Of a stretch of DNA of 64,000 nt, positions 9,641-16,194 are shown in pieces. Each line of letters begins with the position of its first letter. Position 1 is the stretch's first letter. A program made the translations under genes and the position numbers. This DNA is from Patescibacteria group bacterium (lineage in GTDB: Bacteria > Patescibacteriota > Patescibacteriia > UBA10025 > JAHIVO01), in NCBI GenBank assembly GCA_018816445.1, contig JAHIVO010000061.1, forward strand, positions 305 through 64,304, in the 5' to 3' direction. The notes below the pieces were generated by a model. It searched no databases and had not been told where the DNA came from. It worked only from the letters and a program-made list of their open reading frames with translations.

Positions 9641-10414
9641 ATGAAAATAAAAGAACTCACAAGTTCTGATAATGAGAAAATAAAGTCTTTGCGAAAATTG
9701 AACCAAAAGAAGTATCGGCTGGAGTCAAGACGTTTTTTTATTGAAAATGCGAAAATAATTAATGATGCTTTATCTTCTGGTACAGTTTTTGAATCATTAT
9801 TTATTACGGAGAATTTTGCAGAAAAAAATAAGGCCTGGCTGGACAAGATATTAAGCCAGGCAAAAACCACACAGTACTATTTAATAACGGACAGCATTAA
9901 TGCAACTTTTTCCAACCTTGATACTCCGCCTGGTATTGGGGCAGTTTATAAAAAAATTGAAAGGCCGATTAAATACAATTCGCATATAGTTTATCTGAAT
10001 GGCATTAATGATCCAGGTAACCTGGGTACAATTTTACGTTCAGCCCTTGCCTTTGGAATAAAAAATATTGTGCTGGACGAAGCGTGTGCGGATGTTTACA
10101 ATTTTAAAACTTTGCAGGCGGCCAAGGATTCAATTTTCAAATTAAACATTTCTTTTGATAAAAATTATCTGGAATTAAAGAAAATTAAATCAGCCATGAA
10201 AGTATATTCAACTAAAATGGATAATGCCGTATCAATGAAAAGCATGAAGCAGGATGATAAGTTCTGTTTGGTGCTAGGCAGTGAGGCGCATGGAGTGAGC
10301 CAGGCCATTCAGGATTTATCGGATGGTTTTGTTAAAATAGATATTAGACAAGACATGGAGTCATTAAACGTGGCCAGCGCTGCGGCCATTTTTTTCTATG
10401 AAATGTCCCAATAG
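9641..10414 (+). CDS. SpoU/TrmH-family RNA 2'-O-methyltransferase
   Basis: YLNGINDPGNLGTILRSALAFGI and LVLGSEAHGVS motifs. ATG at 9641 chosen to avoid overlap with the upstream gene. Confidence 0.7.
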   Translation: MKIKELTSSDNEKIKSLRKLNQKKYRLESRRFFIENAKIINDALSSGTVFESLFITENFAEKNKAWLDKILSQAKTTQYYLITDSINATFSNLDTPPGIGAVYKKIERPIKYNSHIVYLNGINDPGNLGTILRSALAFGIKNIVLDEACADVYNFKTLQAAKDSIFKLNISFDKNYLELKKIKSAMKVYSTKMDNAVSMKSMKQDDKFCLVLGSEAHGVSQAIQDLSDGFVKIDIRQDMESLNVASAAAIFFYEMSQ

Positions 10415-10540
10415 GCTTGACTGATTGTTTAAACTAGTATATACTTTATAAGCTATGAAATATTTATACGCTGAATTGAATAATAATTCAAATAACCGAC
10501 TCCTGCCGGCGTAATTTTGTTTATTTCAATAGCGTTAATT

Positions 10541-10568
10541 GCCGGCACCAAAAGAGCCGGTATTTTTT
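10541..10568 (+). terminator. Rho-independent terminator (CCGGC...GCCGG + T-run)
   Basis: Hairpin followed by TATTTTTTAT. Three self-complementary GCCGGC copies allow alternative pairings. Confidence 0.4.
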
Positions 10569-10672
10569 ATTCCTCCTTCGCCCTTCAGGCCACGGAGGAC
10601 TAGTAGTCTGGGGTAGTTCAATTGGTACCCCGTAAAGGATACGGGGCAGGCAACGCCGCAAGTCTATTAAAT

Positions 10673-10879
10673 TCTAGGGTAGTTTCCGCCAAAGGCGGAT
10701 CCGCCTATGGCGGACAATTGGCCCCGCCACAATGTTCTGGGATAGTTTAATTGGTAAAACCCTGCACTGTTAATGCAGTGATCCTGGTCCGAGTCCAGGT
10801 CCCAGAGTTTTGTGGCGGGGTAAAATAGAACGCTCCGCTGTTAACGGAGAGGTTGGAGGTCCAAGTCCTCCCCCTAGAG
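10673..10879 (+). tRNA. Outer tRNA-Asn (GTT)-like gene interrupted in the D-arm by ~135 nt that contain the complete inner tRNA-Asn
   Basis: Acceptor TCTAGGG (10673-10679) pairs with CCCTAGA (10872-10878). Anticodon stem CTCCG/CGGAG with loop CTGTTAA, T-arm GGAGG-TCCAAGT-CCTCC. D-stem GTTT (10682-85)/GAAC (10828-31). Insert clamped by CCCCGCCACA (10722-31)/TGTGGCGGGG (10811-20). Confidence 0.35.
10736..10807 (+). tRNA. tRNA-Asn (GTT), inner gene of a nested pair
   Basis: Cloverleaf by hand: acceptor TCTGGGA/TCCCAGA, D-stem GTTT/AAAC, anticodon stem CTGCA/TGCAG with loop CTGTTAA, T-arm CCTGG-TCCGAGT-CCAGG. 72 nt, no encoded CCA. T-loop has C at position 55, which is unusual. Confidence 0.65.
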
Positions 10880-11134
10880 TTCAGCGGGTAGATAAGTTAA
10901 CGGTAGTTTAGGTTCGCCCAATCATCCGATTGGGCGCCCCGTCGTATGACGGGGCAAGCCCTCCCCCTAGAGTTCGTCAGGTAGTTAAATTGTATAATAT
11001 TTTGGTTCGCCGTGAACCACTAAAGGGTTCACGGCGCCATGTACCCTTGAGTGGTACATGGCGATCCCAGCCCCCAGAGTTTAGCAGGCTTGTCCCGTAG
11101 GAGCGTCAGCGACTTACGGGATTCGAATCCTGCT

Positions 11135-11446
11135 CCCCGAGCCAATTGCCGAAAGTGACAACTTCTGTGGATAAGTCATAAAAGCCTTTAAATATCGGGT
11201 GAAAGTTGTACCCACTAGTTTTCTGTTTCGCAACTAAAATCTCCCCACCCAAGTAGGATTCGAATTTCTCATTCTTTTTAGCCTAAAATTCTTCCTTGTC
11301 CATCAGCAGTTTGAAGAGGTTTATAAGGTTTTCAGCCATGAGCCAGGCTTCGTCATCCGATATTTCTTCCCCATATTGCTTTTTGTAGATTTCCTTGAAT
11401 TTATCTATGTGATGTTGTTCAAGAGGCATTGATATCACCCCCTCAC
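11135..11446. repeat. Direct repeat copy 1 (~312 bp, ~90% identical to 15443-15756), encodes a 48-aa ORF
   Basis: Hand alignment of the two copies. They bracket the DGR-containing modules. Confidence 0.8.
11283..11429 (-). CDS. Conserved 48-aa protein (MPLEQHHIDKFKEIYKKQYGEEISDDEAWLMAENLINLFKLLMDKEEF)
   Basis: Strong RBS GAGGGGGTGATATCA before the ATG. The two copies differ at 12 nt but only 1 aa, which indicates purifying selection. Below the 60-aa track cutoff. Confidence 0.6.
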   Translation of the reverse strand: MPLEQHHIDKFKEIYKKQYGEEISDDEAWLMAENLINLFKLLMDKEEF

Positions 11447-11529
11447 TTATGCATGATTAATTGTTACTTCCAGCAATTGACAATATCCCGTCAGCTGTCA
11501 GAATTAAGGTATAATTACATAAAATTTTA

Positions 11530-11925
11530 GTGATCAAAATGAGCAAAAAGAACGTCGTCACATTGATTATTATACTTATATTTGGGCTAACTTGGGGTAT
11601 GAGTAGTATTTTTTATATCAACGGTTTTTGTGAAGACACGCATTTAAAAACCAACGAGACATTTACAGAGACACCCACTGATATTAGTCGTCCATGTGCG
11701 TATACAATGCCAGGGTCAATCTTGGCGTTTCCTGCCTGGCTGACTGCGCGATTTATTACGCCTGACGGCATTATTGTCTATAACGGTCCAAATAACGATA
11801 CTGACAATCCCGTTTTATATATCCTCTCCGGGTTAATTGGTATGCTCGTTGCAGGGATTGTGTGGCTGATATTATACGCACTGTTACTTCGTAAGACGCC
11901 GAAAGCGCAATCAAATGCGACGTAG
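11530..11925 (+). CDS. Hypothetical membrane protein
   Basis: 131-aa ORF with N- and C-terminal hydrophobic helices. Confidence 0.4.
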   Translation: MIKMSKKNVVTLIIILIFGLTWGMSSIFYINGFCEDTHLKTNETFTETPTDISRPCAYTMPGSILAFPAWLTARFITPDGIIVYNGPNNDTDNPVLYILSGLIGMLVAGIVWLILYALLLRKTPKAQSNAT

Positions 11926-12370
11926 CATTAATAGTAAAATTATGGAAAACCAACAACCTCAGCGGCCAACACTCAAGTCGGAAATACCTAAGAAGTGGTT
12001 TTATAGATATTTTGGATTAATTTTTATTTTGTTTGGATTTATTTATTACTTAATACTTCCATTTATTTTTGTTTTACTTGACCCCTCACCTGATAGGTAT
12101 CATTGCCCGTCGGAATTTACTGAATTTTCAGAATATATTTATACACCTCCAATTTCGTTGATTATTTTAATTATTCTTTTTATCGTCACTTTAATAATTA
12201 CCATACTGAGATATTTACCAAAATATAAAAATAACTCCGATATAATTTTTATTTATAAAAGAATTAATTTTATTGTATTTATTCTGTTTGTCATTTTTTA
12301 TTTTATAGCAATGCTTATTGTAGTCCCAATGGAATTTTTACCTGCAGAGGGGTGGGTTTCTCCTTGTTAA
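11915..12370 (+). CDS. Hypothetical polytopic membrane protein
   Basis: 151-aa ORF, very hydrophobic, overlaps the upstream ORF by 11 nt. Confidence 0.4.
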   Translation: MRRSINSKIMENQQPQRPTLKSEIPKKWFYRYFGLIFILFGFIYYLILPFIFVLLDPSPDRYHCPSEFTEFSEYIYTPPISLIILIILFIVTLIITILRYLPKYKNNSDIIFIYKRINFIVFILFVIFYFIAMLIVVPMEFLPAEGWVSPC

Positions 12371-12451
12371 TATAAATAACCAAAAATACATCTCATTAAA
12401 TTGGGGGATGTCCTTTCTTCGTTGTACAACTTATTTTTAATTAAGTTGTTA

Positions 12452-12494
12452 CTTCCCGCAAATAGGTTCTAACGTCCTCTACGACCCCGAGCCA
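12452..12494. repeat. Module-boundary motif copy M1 (CTTCCCGCAAA-GGTTCTAACGTCCTCTACGACCCCGAGCCA)
   Basis: Same ~45-nt motif also at 15410-15451, 17093-17138 and 28241-28310. A variant is at 11101-11146. Confidence 0.6.
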
Positions 12495-12610
12495 TCATTT
12501 CACTCCCATAAACATTGACCTTTCTGACATAGGCAAGTAGGACACTCGAACCTTCACTAGAAAAGCCAGTAAATACAGGGATATAAATTATCATCTGTGG
12601 ATCACTGATC

Positions 12611-12639
12611 TTGACAGATTGCCGTATCCATGGTAGCAT
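12611..12639 (+). promoter_or_regulatory. Sigma-70-like promoter TTGACA-N17-TAGCAT upstream of the DGR target gene
   Basis: Perfect -35 and a 4/6 -10 with 17-nt spacing, about 190 nt upstream of the target start codon. Confidence 0.4.
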
Positions 12640-12830
12640 CCATTGTTACTTTCCGCACTTTGTAATCCAAGAGCTAAAATCACGTTACCTCTTCATTTAA
12701 GAGCGGCTCCTTGCTGTAATCTCCGGACAGAGATTTCCAGAGAGCTGTTCTTAAATAACCGAAAGGTATCGCCTGGAAACCACAGTGGTTGACAGGCAGA
12801 TGTTTTTCAAAAACCAAGGAGGATGACGCC

Positions 12831-13448
12831 ATGGCAAAGACCATGACCCCATCTATGACTGATGGCCAGATTGACAAGGTTGTCGAAAACATCACAGCAG
12901 GGTTTCGCAAGAGACTTCGCGATCACAGGGATGAACTATCTTCAGACACAGTTCAAACCGTCCTCGGCCAGAAGGATTTTATTTCTGCCCTGTTCGCCGA
13001 GTTTCGCCAGCGCGTGGAAGCGGTCAGCAACATGATCGTTCGTAAGGTCAAGGTGGATCGCACCAGAACCTCGCAAGAGGCGCTGGACGTGACAGGACGT
13101 AAGCAGTATACCGACGACGATGTTGTGAAGTCCATGCCGAACGGCAAGGGCGATGAAACCGAGGTTATTTTCTTCAAGGTAGGTCGTACAATAAGTGACG
13201 ACGATCTGGAGAAAGAATATGAACTGCGCGGCCTGGTACCGGCTGATCCGTATTCACTCTGTGCCGTAAATGGAAATGATCCGGCGTTTGCCGATGAACA
13301 TCCCAATGGCACCCACTGGAAAGATTCCAACGGAAAATGGTGTTTCGCCTCCTTCGGCCGGTGGATCGACGAGCGCGGGGTGAGCGTCGACCGCGACGGT
13401 CGTGACTGGGCTGACTGCTGTTGGTTTGCCGGTGTCCGCAAGAATTAG
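12831..13448 (+). CDS. DGR target (variable) protein; C-terminal ligand-binding-type domain carries the VR
   Basis: AGGAGG RBS 8 nt before ATG 12831. C-terminus ...FGRWIDERGVSVDRDGRDWADCCWFAGVRKN is encoded by the VR. Confidence 0.75.
   Translation: MAKTMTPSMTDGQIDKVVENITAGFRKRLRDHRDELSSDTVQTVLGQKDFISALFAEFRQRVEAVSNMIVRKVKVDRTRTSQEALDVTGRKQYTDDDVVKSMPNGKGDETEVIFFKVGRTISDDDLEKEYELRGLVPADPYSLCAVNGNDPAFADEHPNGTHWKDSNGKWCFASFGRWIDERGVSVDRDGRDWADCCWFAGVRKN
13340..13441 (+). repeat. DGR variable repeat (VR)
   Basis: 102-nt homolog of TR 13778-13879. The 20 differences are all at TR adenines; every other position is identical. Confidence 0.85.
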
Positions 13449-13498
13449 GCACTTGGTCGCTTGAACGCATGGCACTTGATTGGTGCCCTTGGATACTA

Positions 13499-13528
13499 CA
13501 CTCTGCATGAGCTTGCTCATGCAGAGTG
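13499..13528 (+). terminator. Perfect 13-bp hairpin (CACTCTGCATGAG-CTTG-CTCATGCAGAGTG) + T-run, 58 nt downstream of VR
   Basis: Read directly. Candidate target-gene terminator and/or the DGR VR-flanking hairpin used in homing. Confidence 0.55.
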
Positions 13529-13777
13529 ATTTTTATCTGACAACGTGATATAATTTTATTTGGAGAGTAAGCGATTCAGCTTGCGGGCACGCCTGCAGGC
13601 GGCTGAAATCCGGATCATTGGGAAAGCCGGAATGCCTGTGGTTATGGCGACAGGCAGCGCGCTCCTTGATTCAATACCAACAAAGATACTTGGTGCAATA
13701 TGCTGGCGGAGCTTTTCTCCCGAATAAAATACAGCCCGGAGAGAATTCAACGGGCAGTGGTACGGAAGGCATGTTGC

Positions 13778-13879
13778 ATAATTCGCCAACTTCAACCGGT
13801 GGAACGACGAGCGCAAGGTGAACGTCAACCGCAACGATAATGACTGGAATGACAACTGTTGGTTTGCCGGTGTCCGCAA
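13778..13879 (+). repeat. DGR template repeat (TR), noncoding, rich in AAC/AAT codons in the VR frame
   Basis: In the VR frame TR reads FNRWNDERKVNVNRNDNDWNDNCWFAGVRN. 20 of its 30 adenines are substituted in VR. Confidence 0.85.
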
Positions 13880-13901
13880 CTATCTTTTTTGGAGCAATCC
13901 G

Positions 13902-14309
13902 CTATTTTGGCGGATTGTTTTTCATCAGTTGTTTTCGCCACCCGCCCAGCATTTTTCCAACCTCTACCAATGGAGGCGTGAGTTGGCTATATTTTCTGGT
14001 ATCCAGAACTTTCATTTCCCAGGCGATCTGCAGGAAAAATTTTAGGGCATCAAGCTTGGTTGAAGCACGCTCCACTACAGAGAGCTTCTTTTCCCTGGGT
14101 GAGTATCCGGCCAGAAGAATTAGTTCCAGAGCATCATAAAACAGCAGGTCAATCTTAGACCCGAGCGTAAAGCGGGACAGCCGCGGCAGGTTCGTCAAAT
14201 TCGCGTGCCATAACCTATACCCTGCCGCCAGTTTCTGTATAATGGGAATATCGACCGACAAATCCCTGGGGGGGGTAATCTTATTAATATGAAAACGCTT
14301 TTGACTCAT
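13902..14309 (-). CDS. avd: Avd-like accessory variability determinant (four-helix-bundle protein)
   Basis: LLAGYSPREKK (compare NIAEGYGR), FFLQIAWEMKVL and LVEVGKMLGGWRKQL resemble Avd / 23S-rRNA-IVS proteins. On the strand opposite to TR and RT, overlapping the RT start by 21 nt. Confidence 0.6.
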   Translation of the reverse strand: MSQKRFHINKITPPRDLSVDIPIIQKLAAGYRLWHANLTNLPRLSRFTLGSKIDLLFYDALELILLAGYSPREKKLSVVERASTKLDALKFFLQIAWEMKVLDTRKYSQLTPPLVEVGKMLGGWRKQLMKNNPPK

Positions 14310-15284
14310 GGGTTTAAGGATATTGTATCGATAGACAATCTATTGTCAGCCTGGCGTGAGTTTGTCCCGGGCAAAGCCGGGAAAAAGGATGTCAGGGAAT
14401 TTTACCGCCATCTGGCTGATAATATTATATCACTCCACGAGGAGCTTGAAAACGACACTTACCGACATGGCGGGTATATTCACTTCAGGATCTCCGATCC
14501 CAAGCCTAGGGATATTCACAAGGCAACCATCCGGGACAGGCTGGTGCACCATGCCATCTATCGCGTACTCTACCCCTTTTTAAGTGATACATTCATCGCC
14601 GATTCATATTCCTGCCAGTTGGGAAAGGGAACGCATCGGGCTATCAGAAGATTCCGGACTTTCGCCGGTCAGGTAAGCAGAAACAATACCCAAACCTGCT
14701 GGATATTAAAATGCGATATCAGGAAATTCTTTGCCAGCATTGACCATGCTATATTGATGAATATGCTAAGTGAGTATATTACTGACCAAAGAATTAATAC
14801 TTTATTGCGCGAGGTTATCCAGAGTTTCTGCTGGCAACCGGGCAAAGGTTTGCCGCTTGGCAATCTGACATCCCAGTTGTTCGTTAATGTGTATATGAAT
14901 GAGTTTGACCAATTCATGAAACATACATTAAAAGTCAAGTATTATCTGCGTTATGCTGATGATTTTGTTGTAATGTCTGATAACAGATCGTGGTTAAAAG
15001 GACTCATACCGATTATCAGTAATTTTCTGACGGTCAAACTCAAACTCACGCTTCATCCGAGCAAGGTATTTATTAAAACACTGGCTTCAGGAGTTGATTT
15101 TCTGGGCTGGGTGCATTTTCCGTATCATCAGGTACTCCGCACTTCCTCCAAAAGGCGCATGTTAAACAGGATTACTGAAAACCCGGAAACATCTACTATG
15201 CAGTCATATTTGGGTCTACTACAACATGGCAATGCATACAAGCTGGCAGAGCAGGTGATTAATCAGACCTATCTATGGAAGTAA
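14289..15284 (+). CDS. DGR reverse transcriptase
   Basis: RT motifs 1-7, YADDFVV (YxDD). The DGR-specific LGNLTSQLFVNVY ([I/L]GxxxSQ) replaces the retroviral QGxxxSP. N-terminal NLLSAWREF...VHHAIYRVL is typical of DGR RTs. Confidence 0.85.
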   Translation: MKTLLTHGFKDIVSIDNLLSAWREFVPGKAGKKDVREFYRHLADNIISLHEELENDTYRHGGYIHFRISDPKPRDIHKATIRDRLVHHAIYRVLYPFLSDTFIADSYSCQLGKGTHRAIRRFRTFAGQVSRNNTQTCWILKCDIRKFFASIDHAILMNMLSEYITDQRINTLLREVIQSFCWQPGKGLPLGNLTSQLFVNVYMNEFDQFMKHTLKVKYYLRYADDFVVMSDNRSWLKGLIPIISNFLTVKLKLTLHPSKVFIKTLASGVDFLGWVHFPYHQVLRTSSKRRMLNRITENPETSTMQSYLGLLQHGNAYKLAEQVINQTYLWK

Positions 15285-15409
15285 CCTTATCCACATTTAT
15301 TGTTGGAATACGCAATTGCAAACAAAGTGATTGAAGTATACAGTAAGATTGGGGCACGAGAATATTTCTTAATTTATTTAAAACAGTTTTCAGGAGAATT
15401 AAGTTGTCG

Positions 15410-15451
15410 CTTCTCGCAAAAAAGTTCTAACGTCCTCTACGACCCCGAGCC
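15410..15451. repeat. Module-boundary motif copy M2
   Basis: CTTCTCGCAAAAAGTTCTAACGTCCTCTACGACCCCGAGCCA, immediately followed by direct-repeat copy 2. Confidence 0.6.
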
Positions 15452-15756
15452 AATTGCCTAGAACGACAACTTACTGTGGATAAGTCATATTAACCTTTAA
15501 ATATCGGGTGAAAGTTGTACCCAAGAGTTTTCTATTTACGCAATTAAAATCTCCCCACCCAGGTAGGATTCGAATTTCTCTATCTTTTTAGTCTAAAATT
15601 CTTCCTTATCCATCAGCAGTTTGAAAAGATTTATCAAGTTATTGGCCATGAGCCAGGCTTCGTCGTCCGATATTTCTTCTCCATATTGTTTTTTGTAGAT
15701 TTCCTTAAATTTATCTATGTGATGTTGTTCAAGAGGCATTGGTTATCACCCCCTTT
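15443..15756. repeat. Direct repeat copy 2 (~312 bp)
   Basis: Aligned to 11135-11446 by hand. Confidence 0.8.
15593..15739 (-). CDS. Conserved 48-aa protein, copy 2 (differs at one residue, E33N)
   Basis: Same RBS and frame as copy 1. 10 of the 12 nucleotide differences are synonymous. Confidence 0.6.
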   Translation of the reverse strand: MPLEQHHIDKFKEIYKKQYGEEISDDEAWLMANNLINLFKLLMDKEEF

Positions 15757-15823
15757 GTATAAAAAAACAAAAAACTACTGTAGGTATTGCTTACAGTAGC
15801 CAATGTAAAAAGTTTAACTTAGT

Positions 15824-16153
15824 TTAAATATTTTTAAGCTCTTCAAAATTAACCTCTGGAATTTCAGTGTTTAGTTTTCGTTTGCTGTTCTTTTGTTTTT
15901 CAACAATTGCAAACATCTGATTTACTTCAGGAGATATGTTTTGATAGCTCACTTTTTTAAAGTTCCAGAATTTGTTATGCTGGTCTTTAAGTTGTAGTAA
16001 TTCATGCGCGGCCGAGCGAGAAATAAAAGAGATATTTGAGAAATCCAAAACTACACGACGGTCTGTAGTTTCCTGAATCCGCTGTTTTATAATGCTAATT
16101 ACATCCCTCGATGAGAGCATTGGGGATATATCTTTTAATGCAATATTATTCAT
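15824..16153 (-). CDS. STAS-like / DUF4325-type anti-sigma-factor-antagonist-like protein
   Basis: RVVLDFSNISFISRSAAHELL has a STAS/DUF4325-like signature. Lies downstream of the GHKL gene in the same operon. Confidence 0.45.
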   Translation of the reverse strand: MNNIALKDISPMLSSRDVISIIKQRIQETTDRRVVLDFSNISFISRSAAHELLQLKDQHNKFWNFKKVSYQNISPEVNQMFAIVEKQKNSKRKLNTEIPEVNFEELKNI

Positions 16154-16194
16154 ATATAATCATTATATCACAGTTATATTGTGGATATCCAATT

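Larger units (their letters stand above)
10560..11134. repeat. Array of tRNA-derived / tRNA-like GC-rich stem-loops ending in the recurring CCCC(C/T)AGAGTT motif
   Basis: Four unit ends at 10801-10809, 10870-10880, 10954-10964 and 11071-11081. Hairpins CCCCGT-N-ACGGGG, CGCCGTGAACC/GGTTCACGGCG and CGCCATGTACC/GGTACATGGCG. Only part folds into canonical tRNAs. Confidence 0.5.

Noticed and set aside
10608-11079. A third, outermost nested tRNA (5' TCTGGGG at 10608 pairing with CCCCAGA at 11073-11079)
   Set aside because: The acceptor strands are complementary, but no T-arm or anticodon arm can be placed adjacent to the 3' acceptor strand. The intervening hairpins do not give a cloverleaf, so it is treated as a degenerate remnant.
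13174-13520. Minus-strand ORFs 12953-13441, 13174-13470 and 13254-13520 antisense to the DGR target gene
   Set aside because: They are artefacts of the GC-rich target gene. The target frame is supported by the RBS and the VR codon structure.
13556-14139. Track ORFs 13556-13879(-), 13618-13821(+), 13818-14045(+) and 13840-14139(+) over the TR and avd region
   Set aside because: They overlap the noncoding template repeat or are antisense to the Avd-like gene. They have no RBS or family signal, and the TR reading frame contains a stop (TAA at 13779).
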